Part shown: positions 33,827 through 46,755 of the stretch, in pieces
Position numbering within the stretch: position 1 is the stretch's first letter
Layout of the letters: the number at the start of each line of letters is the position of its first letter
DNA from: Escherichia coli 042
Lineage (GTDB): Bacteria > Pseudomonadota > Gammaproteobacteria > Enterobacterales > Enterobacteriaceae
Direction: 5' to 3' (one strand)
Assembly: GCF_000027125.1 (NCBI RefSeq)
Contig: NC_017626.1
DNA length: 64,000 bases
The notes under the pieces: model-generated
Seen by the model: the letters and a program-made list of their open reading frames with translations, nothing else
Database searches by the model: none
Told to the model about the DNA's origin: nothing
Made by a program: the position numbers and the translations under genes

Positions 33827-34999
33827 ATGAGCGCAAATGCGGAGACTCAAACCCCGCAGCAACCGGTAAAGAAGAGCGGCAAACGTAAGCGTCTGCTCCT
33901 CCTTCTCACCTTGCTCTTTATAATTATTGCCGTAGCGATAGGGATTTATTGGTTTTTAGTACTGCGTCATTTCGAAGAAACCGATGACGCATACGTGGCA
34001 GGGAATCAGATTCAAATTATGTCTCAGGTGTCTGGCAGCGTGACGAAAGTCTGGGCCGATAACACCGATTTTGTAAAAGAAGGCGACGTGCTGGTCACTC
34101 TCGACCCGACAGATGCTCGCCAGGCATTTGAAAAAGCCAAAACTGCACTGGCTTCCAGCGTTCGCCAAACCCACCAACTGATGATTAACAGCAAACAGTT
34201 GCAGGCGAATATTGAGGTGCAAAAAATTGCCCTCGCGAAAGCACAAAGCGACTACAACCGCCGTGTGCCGCTGGGCAATGCCAACCTGATTGGTCGCGAA
34301 GAGCTGCAACACGCCCGCGACGCCGTCACCAGTGCCCAGGCACAACTGGACGTCGCTATTCAACAATACAATGCCAATCAGGCGATGATTCTGGGGACTA
34401 AACTGGAAGATCAGCCTGCCGTGCAACAGGCTGCCACCGAAGTACGTAACGCCTGGCTGGCGCTGGAGCGTACCCGTATTGTCAGTCCGATGACCGGTTA
34501 TGTCTCCCGCCGCGCGGTACAGCCTGGGGCGCAAATTAGCCCAACGACGCCGCTGATGGCGGTCGTTCCAGCCACCAATATGTGGGTGGATGCCAACTTT
34601 AAAGAGACGCAGATTGCCAATATGCGTATCGGTCAGCCGGTCACCATCACCACCGATATTTACGGCGATGATGTGAAATACACCGGAAAAGTGGTTGGTC
34701 TGGATATGGGCACAGGTAGCGCGTTCTCACTGCTTCCGGCGCAAAATGCGACCGGTAACTGGATCAAAGTCGTTCAGCGTCTGCCTGTGCGTATTGAACT
34801 GGACCAGAAACAGCTGGAGCAATACCCGCTGCGTATCGGTTTATCCACGCTGGTGAGCGTCAATACCACTAACCGTGACGGTCAGGTACTGGCAAATAAA
34901 GTACGTTCCACACCGGTAGCGGTAAGCACCGCGCGTGAAATCAGCCTGGCACCTGTCAATAAACTGATCGACGATATCGTAAAAGCTAACGCTGGCTAA
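33827..34999 (+). CDS. emrA: Multidrug efflux membrane fusion protein EmrA
   Basis: MSANAETQTPQQPVKKSGKRKRLLLLL...; 390 aa. Confidence 0.95.
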   Translation: MSANAETQTPQQPVKKSGKRKRLLLLLTLLFIIIAVAIGIYWFLVLRHFEETDDAYVAGNQIQIMSQVSGSVTKVWADNTDFVKEGDVLVTLDPTDARQAFEKAKTALASSVRQTHQLMINSKQLQANIEVQKIALAKAQSDYNRRVPLGNANLIGREELQHARDAVTSAQAQLDVAIQQYNANQAMILGTKLEDQPAVQQAATEVRNAWLALERTRIVSPMTGYVSRRAVQPGAQISPTTPLMAVVPATNMWVDANFKETQIANMRIGQPVTITTDIYGDDVKYTGKVVGLDMGTGSAFSLLPAQNATGNWIKVVQRLPVRIELDQKQLEQYPLRIGLSTLVSVNTTNRDGQVLANKVRSTPVAVSTAREISLAPVNKLIDDIVKANAG

Positions 35000-35015
35000 T
35001 CCAGAGGTGCGTGTG

Positions 35016-36554
35016 ATGCAACAGCAAAAACCGCTGGAAGGCGCGCAACTGGTCATTATGACGATTGCGCTGTCACTGGCGACATTCATGCAGGTGCTGG
35101 ACTCCACCATTGCTAACGTGGCGATCCCCACTATCGCCGGGAATCTGGGCTCATCGCTCAGCCAGGGAACGTGGGTAATCACTTCTTTCGGGGTGGCGAA
35201 TGCCATCTCGATCCCGCTTACCGGCTGGCTGGCAAAGCGCGTCGGGGAAGTGAAACTGTTCCTCTGGTCAACCATCGCCTTTGCTATTGCGTCGTGGGCG
35301 TGTGGTGTCTCCAGCAGCCTGAATATGCTGATCTTCTTCCGCGTAATTCAGGGGATTGTCGCCGGGCCGCTGATCCCGCTTTCGCAAAGTCTATTGCTGA
35401 ATAACTACCCGCCAGCCAAACGCTCGATCGCGCTGGCGTTGTGGTCGATGACGGTGATTGTCGCGCCAATTTGCGGCCCGATCCTCGGCGGTTATATCAG
35501 CGATAATTACCACTGGGGCTGGATATTCTTCATCAACGTGCCAATTGGCGTGGCGGTGGTGTTGATGACACTGCAAACCCTGCGCGGACGTGAAACCCGC
35601 ACCGAACGGCGGCGGATTGATGCCGTGGGGCTGGCACTGCTGGTTATTGGTATAGGCAGCCTGCAGATTATGCTCGACCGCGGTAAAGAGCTGGACTGGT
35701 TTTCATCACAGGAAATTATCATCCTTACCGTGGTGGCGGTGGTGGCTATCTGCTTCCTGATTGTCTGGGAGCTGACCGACGATAACCCGATAGTCGATCT
35801 GTCGTTGTTTAAGTCGCGCAACTTCACCATCGGCTGCTTGTGTATCAGCCTCGCGTATATGCTCTACTTCGGCGCGATTGTTCTGCTGCCGCAGTTGTTG
35901 CAGGAGGTCTACGGTTACACGGCGACCTGGGCGGGGCTGGCTTCTGCGCCGGTAGGGATTATTCCGGTGATCCTGTCGCCGATTATCGGTCGCTTTGCGC
36001 ATAAACTGGATATGCGGCGGCTGGTAACCTTCAGCTTTATTATGTATGCCGTCTGCTTCTACTGGCGTGCCTATACCTTTGAACCAGGTATGGATTTTGG
36101 CGCGTCGGCCTGGCCGCAGTTTATCCAGGGTTTTGCGGTGGCCTGCTTCTTTATGCCGCTGACCACCATTACGCTGTCTGGTTTGCCACCGGAACGACTG
36201 GCGGCAGCATCGAGCCTCTCCAACTTTACGCGAACGCTGGCGGGGTCTATCGGCACCTCGATAACCACTACCATGTGGACCAACCGCGAGTCGATGCACC
36301 ATGCGCAGTTGACTGAGTCGGTAAACCCGTTCAACCCGAATGCCCAGGCGATGTATAGTCAACTGGAAGGGCTTGGGATGACGCAACAGCAGGCATCAGG
36401 CTGGATTGCCCAGCAGATCACCAATCAGGGGCTGATTATTTCCGCCAATGAGATCTTCTGGATGTCAGCCGGGATATTCCTCGTCCTGCTGGGGCTGGTG
36501 TGGTTTGCTAAACCGCCATTTGGCGCAGGTGGCGGCGGAGGTGGTGCGCACTAA
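35016..36554 (+). CDS. emrB: Multidrug efflux MFS pump EmrB (14-TM), ending in a Gly-rich tail
   Basis: MQQQKPLEGAQLVIMTIALSLATF...; 512 aa. Confidence 0.95.
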   Translation: MQQQKPLEGAQLVIMTIALSLATFMQVLDSTIANVAIPTIAGNLGSSLSQGTWVITSFGVANAISIPLTGWLAKRVGEVKLFLWSTIAFAIASWACGVSSSLNMLIFFRVIQGIVAGPLIPLSQSLLLNNYPPAKRSIALALWSMTVIVAPICGPILGGYISDNYHWGWIFFINVPIGVAVVLMTLQTLRGRETRTERRRIDAVGLALLVIGIGSLQIMLDRGKELDWFSSQEIIILTVVAVVAICFLIVWELTDDNPIVDLSLFKSRNFTIGCLCISLAYMLYFGAIVLLPQLLQEVYGYTATWAGLASAPVGIIPVILSPIIGRFAHKLDMRRLVTFSFIMYAVCFYWRAYTFEPGMDFGASAWPQFIQGFAVACFFMPLTTITLSGLPPERLAAASSLSNFTRTLAGSIGTSITTTMWTNRESMHHAQLTESVNPFNPNAQAMYSQLEGLGMTQQQASGWIAQQITNQGLIISANEIFWMSAGIFLVLLGLVWFAKPPFGAGGGGGGAH

Positions 36555-36564
36555 GTACAACTAA

Positions 36565-36590
36565 GCCAGTTCATTTGAACTGGCTTTTTT
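36565..36590 (+). terminator. Rho-independent terminator after emrB (gccagttca / tgaactggc, then T6)
   Basis: 9-bp stem followed by TTTTTT. Confidence 0.8.
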
Positions 36591-36617
36591 CAATTAATTG
36601 TGAAGATAGTTTACTGA

Positions 36618-37133
36618 CTAAATGTGCAGTTCCTGCAACTTCTCTTTCGGTAGCGCCAGCTCTTCGTTGCTGTTGATGCGTACGTCACGTTCCAGAATGC
36701 TACGCGCAATATCCTGTGCTTCCTGCAACGAGTGCATCTGGTAAGTGCCACACTGGTAGACGTTCAGTTCCGGGATCTGATTCTGATCCTGCACTTTCAG
36801 CACGTCTTCCATTGCCGCTTTCCAGGCATCAGCGACACGCTGCTCATCTGGCGTACCAATCAGACTCATATAAAAACCGGTGCGGCAGCCCATTGGCGAG
36901 ATATCGATAATCTCTACACCATTACCGTTAAGATGGTTACGCATAAAACCAGCAAACAGGTGCTCCAGGGTATGGATCCCTCTTTCTGGCATCACTTCTT
37001 TGTTCGGCACGCAGAAGCGCAGATCGAACACGGTGATTGCGTCGCCATGCGGGGTGTTCATTGTTTTCGCCACCCGAACTGCAGGCGCTTCCATCCGGGT
37101 ATGATCGACTGTGAAGCTATCTAACAACGGCAT
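36618..37133 (-). CDS. luxS: S-ribosylhomocysteine lyase (AI-2 synthase)
   Basis: 171 aa; [14 protein letters not shown]...; HTLEH metal-binding motif. Confidence 0.95.
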
Positions 37134-37168
37134 TTAGCCACCTCCGGTAATTTTTTTAAAAATTTTCT

Positions 37169-37195
37169 GAACTCTTTCTTCCCAGGCGAGTCTGA
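37169..37195 (+). promoter_or_regulatory. Sigma-E type promoter for micA: -35 GAACTC, 16-nt spacer, -10 TCTGA
   Basis: Hexamers read directly, 7 nt upstream of the MicA 5' end; matches the sigma-E consensus (GGAACTT-N16-TCTGA). Confidence 0.7.
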
Positions 37196-37201
37196 GTATA
37201 T

Positions 37202-37274
37202 GAAAGACGCGCATTTGTTATCATCATCCCTGAATTCAGAGATGAAATTTTGGCCACTCACGAGTGGCCTTTTT
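37202..37274 (+). ncRNA. micA: sRNA MicA (SraD), a sigma-E-dependent Hfq-binding antisense regulator of outer-membrane protein mRNAs
   Basis: GAAAGACGCGCATTTGTTATCATCATCCCTGAATTCAGAGATGAAATTTTGGCCACTCACGAGTGGCCTTTTT recognised; terminal hairpin ggccactc/gagtggcc plus T-run; lies in the luxS-gshA intergenic region. Confidence 0.9.
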
Positions 37275-37282
37275 CTTTTCTG

Positions 37283-38866
<1,584 letters not shown>

Positions 38867-38911
38867 TTAATTAGCATAACTGTAATGGTGACCATATGTG
38901 CAGGCCTACAA

Positions 38912-39340
38912 TTAGTGCCACCACATCATGCCCTGAACGGTCGCTGCTGCAACTGCAACATAGCGTAACGCTTTACCAAGGCACAAAAAAAAGATTACTG
39001 GCCCCCAGGAGATGCGCATCCATCCCGCTAACAGACACAGTAAATCGCCAACCACGGGCATCCAGCTTAATAATAGCGTGACTGCACCATAGCGTTTCAG
39101 CCAGCCGGTAGCTTTCTCTTGCCAGCGCGATGTTTTACGCAATGGAAAGAAACGCCCAAGGATAACGTTAGTTAACCCTCCAAGGCTATTACCCATTGTT
39201 GCTGTTAAAACTAAAACCCAGGGATGACTGATCCCGGAAAGCAACATTGCCACCAGCACGACTTCGGAGTTGCCGGGTAATAGTGTAGCGCTGAGAAAAC
39301 TACTGGCAAACAACGAGAAAAGCGATAACGCTTCACTCAC
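38912..39340 (-). CDS. yqaA: DedA/SNARE-associated family inner membrane protein YqaA
   Basis: 142 aa; synteny. Confidence 0.88.
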   Translation of the reverse strand: MSEALSLFSLFASSFLSATLLPGNSEVVLVAMLLSGISHPWVLVLTATMGNSLGGLTNVILGRFFPLRKTSRWQEKATGWLKRYGAVTLLLSWMPVVGDLLCLLAGWMRISWGPVIFFLCLGKALRYVAVAAATVQGMMWWH

Positions 39341-39903
39341 AGCAAGCGAACATCCACGGCGTCCATACCTGCTGCACGGGCCGCCTGAATACCGAAATCG
39401 GCATCTTCAAAGACCACACACTGCGTCGGTTGCACGCCCATACGCTGCGCGCACAACAAAAATGTGTCTGGCGCAGGTTTATGATGTTTGACGTGATCGG
39501 CAGCGACGACGGCGTCAAAATAATGGCGTAACCCCAGGTGCGCCAGCAATGCCTCAGCGATGGCGCTTTCACTCCCCGTTCCTACAGCCATTGGGCGACG
39601 ACCATGCCAACTTTTCACCACTTCGACAAGAGGAAGCGGCTCGACACTATCCAGCAGCATACTTCTTACTGCTTCTGTTTTTTCACGCGCTAACGCATGC
39701 GGGTCGAGATCGGCCTGATTCAGCTCAATAATCGCCTGAGCAATACGCCAGGTGGGCGAGCCATTAAGCGCAATCATCGCCTGAACATCGTACTGAAGAC
39801 CGTAGTGCCCTAATACTTCGCGCCACGCTTTACGGTGTGTAGGCTCCGTATCCAGGATTGTGCCATCCATATCAAAAATTAAACCTGCATAACGCTCGTA
39901 CAT
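39337..39903 (-). CDS. yqaB: HAD-superfamily sugar phosphatase YqaB
   Basis: 188 aa; HAD motif I FDMDGTILDT. Confidence 0.9.
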   Translation of the reverse strand: MYERYAGLIFDMDGTILDTEPTHRKAWREVLGHYGLQYDVQAMIALNGSPTWRIAQAIIELNQADLDPHALAREKTEAVRSMLLDSVEPLPLVEVVKSWHGRRPMAVGTGSESAIAEALLAHLGLRHYFDAVVAADHVKHHKPAPDTFLLCAQRMGVQPTQCVVFEDADFGIQAARAAGMDAVDVRLL

Positions 39904-40046
39904 GGTCTTCTCGCAAGTCGAAAAATATGACGCTACTTTAGCGTAATTGCTTGATTTTGTCGCTGATGGAGAAGGAGAAGAAAATTCAGGAAATGGATAA
40001 AGTAGTTATTTAGAAATGAGATATTTTTGAAGGAAATTTTTTGGAG

Positions 40047-40182
40047 AATATGGGCATCCGGGAGGATGACTCACTGGCGTTCGCCCTTCAGGCCGTTGCT
40101 GGCGCAACGTTATCCACCCAGGTGCTGGTGGTTATTACCACCATCTCTTCCATACTTTCATTGCTGAAAGTTACGGAGAATA
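40047..40182 (-). repeat. Long spacer element copy A: degenerate 3'-end fragment of tRNA-Arg (gggcatccgggaggatg) plus a ~116-bp structured element
   Basis: Aligns along its length with element copy B (40603-40737), with scattered substitutions. Confidence 0.7.
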
Positions 40183-40259
40183 TGGTGCATCCGGGAGGAT
40201 TCGAACCTCCGACCGCTCGGTTCGTAGCCGAGTACTCTATCCAGCTGAGCTACGGATGC
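40183..40259 (-). tRNA. tRNA-Arg (anticodon ACG), 77 nt
   Basis: Reverse complement GCATCCGTAGCTCAGCTGGATAGAGTACTCGGCTACGAACCGAGCGGTCGGAGGTTCGAATCCTCCCGGATGCACCA. Confidence 0.93.
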
Positions 40260-40322
40260 ATCGGGAAAATTTATTTTACTGCTGATATTGATATCGCTAC
40301 TAAAGCCATATCAAGTAAGAGA

Positions 40323-40399
40323 TGGTGCATCCGGGAGGATTCGAACCTCCGACCGCTCGGTTCGTAGCCGAGTACTCTATCCAGCTGAGCTACGGATGC
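40323..40399 (-). tRNA. tRNA-Arg (anticodon ACG), 77 nt
   Basis: Identical to the other tRNA-Arg copies; 63-bp short spacer before it. Confidence 0.93.
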
Positions 40400-40461
40400 A
40401 TCGGGAAATTTATTTTACTGCTGATATTGATACCGCTACTAAAGCCATATCAAGTAAGAGA

Positions 40462-40538
40462 TGGTGCATCCGGGAGGATTCGAACCTCCGACCGCTCGGT
40501 TCGTAGCCGAGTACTCTATCCAGCTGAGCTACGGATGC
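40462..40538 (-). tRNA. tRNA-Arg (anticodon ACG), 77 nt
   Basis: Identical copy; 62-bp short spacer before it. Confidence 0.93.
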
Positions 40539-40602
40539 ATCGGGAAACTTACTTTACTGCAGATTTTTTGATACCGCTACTAAAGCCGTATCAAGTAAGA
40601 GA

Positions 40603-40737
40603 TGGTGCATCCGGGAGGATTACTCGCCTTGCGGCTCGCCCTTCGGGCCGTTGCTAAAGCAACGTTATCCTCCCTGGTGCCTGCGGTTATTACCGCCACC
40701 TCTTCCATACCTTCATCGCTAAAGGTTACGGAGAATA
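40603..40737 (-). repeat. Long spacer element copy B: 19-nt duplicate of the tRNA-Arg 3' end (40603-40621) plus a ~116-bp structured element
   Basis: tggtgcatccgggaggatt equals the first 19 nt of each tRNA footprint. The element contains the palindromes cgttgct-aa-agcaacg and gcgg-ttatta-ccgc. Confidence 0.75.
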
Positions 40738-40814
40738 TGGTGCATCCGGGAGGATTCGAACCTCCGACCGCTCGGTTCGTAGCCGAGTACTCTATCCAGC
40801 TGAGCTACGGATGC
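40738..40814 (-). tRNA. argV: tRNA-Arg (anticodon ACG), 77 nt; the copy adjacent to serV
   Basis: Identical copy, 3 bp from tRNA-Ser. Confidence 0.9.
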
Positions 40815-40817
40815 AAA

Positions 40818-40910
40818 TGGCGGTGAGGCGGGGATTCGAACCCCGGATGCAGCTTTTGACCGCATACTCCCTTAGCAGGGGAGCGCCTTCAGCCTCTCGG
40901 CCACCTCACC
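40818..40910 (-). tRNA. serV: tRNA-Ser (anticodon GCU), 93 nt with long variable arm
   Basis: Reverse complement GGTGAGGTGGCCGAGAGGCTGAAGGCGCTCCCCTGCTAAGGGAGTATGCGGTCAAAAGCTGCATCCGGGGTTCGAATCCCCGCCTCACCGCCA. Confidence 0.92.
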
Positions 40911-41225
40911 ACACGCCTCTTACGAGTGCTTCGAAGAACTTGTTTATCGCTCATCGTCGCTGCGTGGCGCACATATTACTTTCTGAGACTTATAAGTCAA
41001 ACAATTTTTCCCACACTTTTATCGTTTGCACACTTCACGCTCAATTAGTCTGTAAAAACGTCAAAAAGAGTGTTTTATCAACAGAAAAACGGAGGTCTGT
41101 CAGATAGCAGTAATGCAAAAAAATGGAGACTTAAGTTGAATGAACGGGAGTAAAGCGAAAAGACAATGGAGTGAAGAAGAAATTTTGAGGGTGCGTCTCA
41201 CCGATAAAGATGAGACGCGGAAAGA

Positions 41226-41411
41226 TTAGTAACTGGACTGCTGGGATTTTTCAGCCTGGATACGCTGGTAGATCTCTTCACGGTGAACAGAAACTTCCTT
41301 CGGGGCATTTACGCCAATACGTACCTGGTTGCCCTTTACCCCTAAAACTGTCACGGTGACCTCATCCCCAATCATGAGGGTCTCACCAACTCGACGAGTC
41401 AGAATCAGCAT
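41226..41411 (-). CDS. csrA: Carbon storage regulator CsrA (RNA-binding global regulator)
   Basis: 61 aa; [61 protein letters not shown]. Confidence 0.97.
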
Positions 41412-41645
41412 TCTTTGCTCCTTGAAAGATTAAAAGAGTCGGGTCTCTCTGTATCCCGGCATTATCCATCATATAACGCCAAAAAGTAAGCAATGACAAA
41501 CACATTACATGTAAGCAGTCATGGCATTACATTCTGTTAAACCTAAGTTTAGCCGATATACACAACTTCAACCTGACTTTATCGTTGTCGATAGCGTTAA
41601 TGCGAATGCCGTGAAGCGAGTCCACGGCATTGCCTGACGCTTATA

Positions 41646-44276
41646 TTATTGCAATTTCGCGCTGACCCAGCCTTTCACACTGGCTAACGCTGCAGGTAAG
41701 GCCGCAGCATCCGTACCACCGGCTTGCGCCATGTCAGGACGTCCACCACCCTTGCCGCCCACCTGCTGAGCGACCATACCAATCAGTTCCCCTGCTTTCA
41801 CACGATCTGTGACGTCCTTAGATACGCCTGCAATCAGAGAAACCTTACCTTCGACTACCGTTGCCAGCACGATAATTGTCGACCCCAGCTGATTTTTTAA
41901 ATCGTCAACCATGGTACGCAACATTTTCGGCTCAACACCGCTAAGCTCGCTAACCAACAGCTTAACACCATTAACATCAATTGCCTTACTGGAAAGATTT
42001 GCGCTCTCCTGTGCGGCAGCTTGTTCTTTAAGCTGTTGTAACTCTTTTTCCAGCTGACGCGTACGTTCCAGTACTGAGCGCACTTTATCAGCCAGATTAT
42101 TGCTATCGCCTTTCAGCAGATGCGCGACTTCGCTTAAGCGATCGCTGTCTGCATGAACGGTGGCGATAGCGCCTTCTCCGGTTACCGCTTCGATACGACG
42201 AACGCCTGCAGCAGTACCCGATTCAGAGATGATGCGGAACAGACCAATATCACCGGTGCGGCTTGCGTGAGTACCGCCACACAGCTCGGTGGAGAAATCG
42301 CCCATGCTCAGCACGCGTACGCGCTCATCATACTTCTCGCCGAACAGCGCCATCGCACCTTTCGCTTTCGCCGCTTCGAGATCCATGATGTTGGTTTCGA
42401 TCGGCAAGTTACGGCGAATCTGTGCGTTCACCAGGTCTTCGACCGCACGAATCTCTTCTGGTTTCATCGCTTCGTTGTGTGAGAAGTCGAAGCGCAGCAC
42501 TTTGTCGTTAACCAGTGAACCTTTCTGCGATACATGAGTACCCAGAACCTGGCGCAGCGCAGCGTGCATCAGGTGCGTTGCGGAGTGATTCAGACGAATA
42601 CGGGCGCGACGAGCTTCATCAACATCAGCCTGCACCGCGTCGCCCACTTTCAGAGAACCCGCAGCAAGTTTACCGATGTGACCAATCGCCTGGCCGTATT
42701 TCTGCGTATCTTCCACCGCAAAGGAGAAGTTAGTGCCTTTCAGTTCGCCTTTATCACCAACCTGACCGCCGGATTCCGCATAGAATGGCGTTTGATCCAG
42801 CACGACCACAGCTTCCTGGCCTGCATTGATGGCATCAACCGCTTTACCATCAACAAACAGCGCGGTCACTTTGCCGTTCAGTTCCAGATGGTCATAGCCT
42901 TTAAATTCAGATGCACTGTCAACACGGATCATTGCGTTGTAATCGGCACCAAAGCCGCTGGCTTCGCGCGCGCGACGACGCTGCTCTTCCATTGCTGCTT
43001 CGAAACCAGCTTCGTCAACTTTGATGTTGCGCTCACGACAAACATCAGCCGTCAGGTCAACCGGGAAGCCATAGGTGTCGTACAGACGGAAAGCCGTTTC
43101 ACCATCCAGCGTATCACCAGAAAGTTTTGCCAGCTCTTCATCCAGCAGCGCCAGACCGCGCTCCAGAGTACGGGCAAACTGCTCTTCTTCAGTCTTCAGC
43201 ACCTGCTCAACCTGCGCCTGCTGGCGTTTCAGGTCTTCACCCGCAGAGCCCATTACGTCGATCAGCGGACCAACCAGTTTGTAGAAGAAGGTTTCTTTCG
43301 CGCCCAGCATATTGCCGTGACGCACTGCGCGACGAATGATACGACGCAGTACATAACCACGGTTTTCATTGGACGGCATTACGCCATCCGCGATCAGGAA
43401 CGCACAAGAACGAATGTGGTCAGCGATTACGCGCAGCGATTTATTGCTCAGATCGGTCGCGCCAGTGACTTTCGCTACCGCCTGGATCAGCGTGCGGAAC
43501 AGGTCGATGTCATAGTTAGAGTTAACGTGTTGCAGCACCGCAGCAATACGCTCCAGACCCATACCGGTATCTACAGACGGCTTCGGCAGCGGTTCCATCG
43601 TGCCATCTGCCTGGCGGTTGAACTGCATGAAGACGATGTTCCAGATCTCAATGTAGCGATCGCCGTCTTCTTCCGGACTTCCCGGAGGGCCACCCCAAAT
43701 GTGGTCGCCGTGATCGTAGAAGATTTCGGTGCACGGGCCGCACGGACCAGTGTCACCCATCTGCCAGAAGTTGTCAGATGCGTATGGCGCACCTTTGTTA
43801 TCGCCGATGCGAATAATACGTTCGCGCGGGATCCCTACTTCTTTTTCCCAGATTTCGTAGGCTTCGTCGTCGCTTTCATAGACGGTAACCCACAGACGCT
43901 CTTTCGGCAGGGCAAACCATTTTTCGCTGGTCAGCAGTTCCCATGCAAACTGAATGGCATCGTGTTTGAAATAGTCGCCGAAGCTGAAGTTGCCCAGCAT
44001 TTCGAAGAAGGTATGGTGACGCGCGGTGTAACCGACGTTTTCCAGGTCGTTGTGTTTACCACCCGCACGCACGCAGCGTTGGGAAGTGGTAGCGCGGGAA
44101 TAATTACGCTTGTCGAGCCCAAGGAACACATCCTTGAACTGGTTCATCCCGGCGTTGGTAAACAACAAAGTTGGGTCGTTATGGGGTACCAGGGAGCTGC
44201 TGGCAACTACCTGATGTCCCTTACTATGGAAAAAGTCGAGAAACGCCTGACGGATCTCAGCGGTGCTCTTGCTCAT
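41646..44276 (-). CDS. alaS: Alanyl-tRNA synthetase
   Basis: 876 aa; [24 protein letters not shown]... Confidence 0.97.
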   Translation of the reverse strand: MSKSTAEIRQAFLDFFHSKGHQVVASSSLVPHNDPTLLFTNAGMNQFKDVFLGLDKRNYSRATTSQRCVRAGGKHNDLENVGYTARHHTFFEMLGNFSFGDYFKHDAIQFAWELLTSEKWFALPKERLWVTVYESDDEAYEIWEKEVGIPRERIIRIGDNKGAPYASDNFWQMGDTGPCGPCTEIFYDHGDHIWGGPPGSPEEDGDRYIEIWNIVFMQFNRQADGTMEPLPKPSVDTGMGLERIAAVLQHVNSNYDIDLFRTLIQAVAKVTGATDLSNKSLRVIADHIRSCAFLIADGVMPSNENRGYVLRRIIRRAVRHGNMLGAKETFFYKLVGPLIDVMGSAGEDLKRQQAQVEQVLKTEEEQFARTLERGLALLDEELAKLSGDTLDGETAFRLYDTYGFPVDLTADVCRERNIKVDEAGFEAAMEEQRRRAREASGFGADYNAMIRVDSASEFKGYDHLELNGKVTALFVDGKAVDAINAGQEAVVVLDQTPFYAESGGQVGDKGELKGTNFSFAVEDTQKYGQAIGHIGKLAAGSLKVGDAVQADVDEARRARIRLNHSATHLMHAALRQVLGTHVSQKGSLVNDKVLRFDFSHNEAMKPEEIRAVEDLVNAQIRRNLPIETNIMDLEAAKAKGAMALFGEKYDERVRVLSMGDFSTELCGGTHASRTGDIGLFRIISESGTAAGVRRIEAVTGEGAIATVHADSDRLSEVAHLLKGDSNNLADKVRSVLERTRQLEKELQQLKEQAAAQESANLSSKAIDVNGVKLLVSELSGVEPKMLRTMVDDLKNQLGSTIIVLATVVEGKVSLIAGVSKDVTDRVKAGELIGMVAQQVGGKGGGRPDMAQAGGTDAAALPAALASVKGWVSAKLQ

Positions 44277-44403
44277 AATTATCCTGAAATCAAGCTAACG
44301 AAATATCGCCACCAGCTCCAGCGTGTCTTAACCGCCGGGCTGGTAACTGAAAAGTGGGAATAAGATAAGTTTTCTTGACTGGGAAGTAAAATACCGTATG
44401 CGT

Positions 44404-44904
44404 TCAGTCGGCAAAATTTCGCCAAATATCCTGGATATCTTCCATCAGATAGCCACGATAGAGCAGAAAACGCTGGATCTTAACTTTTTCTGAAAAGACA
44501 GTTGGCAAAGGTTCGCCATATTTTCGCGTCGCCTGATCGCGCGCCAGTGCGCACCAGTCGATGTCACATTCACGCATCGCTTTTTCTGTCGCTTCGCGGG
44601 AAATACCTTTCTGATTCAGTTCCTGACGAATACGCGCAGGTCCATAACCTTTGCGGCTACGGCTGGCGATAAAGCGCGCCACAAATCGGCTGTCATCGAG
44701 ATAGCCATGTTCATGGCACCAGGCAATAACGCGCTCGTAATCTTCTGCCGTGGCATCAATCTCTTCCGGGCCATTTTTGCCCATAATCGGTGCCGCGAGT
44801 TTACGTCGCAGTTCTTGCTCACTGTGATCGCGCACCGCCAGAATGCGTACCGCACGATCCAACAGGCGAGCATATGCCGGGCGACGGGACGTTGATTCTG
44901 TCAT
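44404..44904 (-). CDS. recX: RecA regulator RecX
   Basis: 166 aa; directly downstream of recA. Confidence 0.93.
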   Translation of the reverse strand: MTESTSRRPAYARLLDRAVRILAVRDHSEQELRRKLAAPIMGKNGPEEIDATAEDYERVIAWCHEHGYLDDSRFVARFIASRSRKGYGPARIRQELNQKGISREATEKAMRECDIDWCALARDQATRKYGEPLPTVFSEKVKIQRFLLYRGYLMEDIQDIWRNFAD

Positions 44905-44922
44905 GGCATATCCTTACAACTT

Positions 44923-44954
44923 AAAAAAGCAAAAGGGCCGCAGATGCGACCCTT
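44923..44954 (-). terminator. Hairpin between recA and recX on the minus strand (aagggtcgcatctgcggccctt, then TTGCTTTTTT)
   Basis: Inverted repeat with one mismatch plus a T-run; consistent with a partial terminator that allows readthrough into recX. Confidence 0.6.
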
Positions 44955-44972
44955 GTGTATCAAACAAGACGA

Positions 44973-46113
<1,141 letters not shown>

Positions 46114-46611
46114 TCAAGTGTTTTGTAGAAATTGTTGCCACAAGGTCTGCAATGCATACGCAGTAGCCTGACGACGTACCGCATCACGGTCACCGCTGAA
46201 GCATTCCCGCCGGGTAATGCCTTCACCACGGGCAGTGGCAAAAGCAAACCAGACGGTGCCGACAGGCTTCTCTTCACTGCCGCCATCCGGCCCGGCGATA
46301 CCACTAATAGACACAGCATAATCAGCACGAGCCGCTTTCAGTGCGCCTATCGCCATTTCCACCACGACAGGCTCGCTCACCGCGCCATGCTGCGCCAGCG
46401 TCTCTTCACGTACGCCGATCATTTGCGCTTTGGCTTCGTTACTGTAGGTGACAAATCCGCGTTCAAACCAGGCGGAACTGCCGGCAATATCGGTAATCAC
46501 TTTCGCTACCCAACCGCCGGTACAAGACTCAGCAGTTGTTACGGTTGCGCCACGGGCTTTCAGCGCCTGCCCAACCTGTTCGCTTAACTGCATCAGTTCA
46601 CTGTCAGTCAT
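46114..46611 (-). CDS. pncC: NMN amidohydrolase PncC (CinA-like C-terminal domain)
   Basis: MTDSELMQLSEQVGQALKARGATVTTAESCTGGW...; 165 aa. Confidence 0.92.
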   Translation of the reverse strand: MTDSELMQLSEQVGQALKARGATVTTAESCTGGWVAKVITDIAGSSAWFERGFVTYSNEAKAQMIGVREETLAQHGAVSEPVVVEMAIGALKAARADYAVSISGIAGPDGGSEEKPVGTVWFAFATARGEGITRRECFSGDRDAVRRQATAYALQTLWQQFLQNT

Positions 46612-46755
46612 CACAACCTCTGTCAGTCAAAAATTTATGCCGGACAAGATAGCACTTTCGTCAGGAAGATGGTGTTGGCGTTGCAATTTTACGAGGAGGA
46701 TTCAGAAAAAAGCTGATTAGCCAGAGGGAAGCTCACGCTCCCCTCTTGCAAATAG

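Noticed and set aside
40041-41107. Plus-strand ORFs across the tRNA array, and a CRISPR-like impression from the regular repeats
   Set aside because: The repeats are complete 77-nt tRNA-Arg genes with cloverleaf structure. The spacers are near-identical to each other rather than unique, and there is no cas gene or leader. The ORFs are read-through of tRNA sequence.
42534-44363. 609-aa plus-strand ORF
   Set aside because: It lies entirely inside and antisense to alaS, whose product is recognised; long antisense ORFs are common in GC-rich genes.
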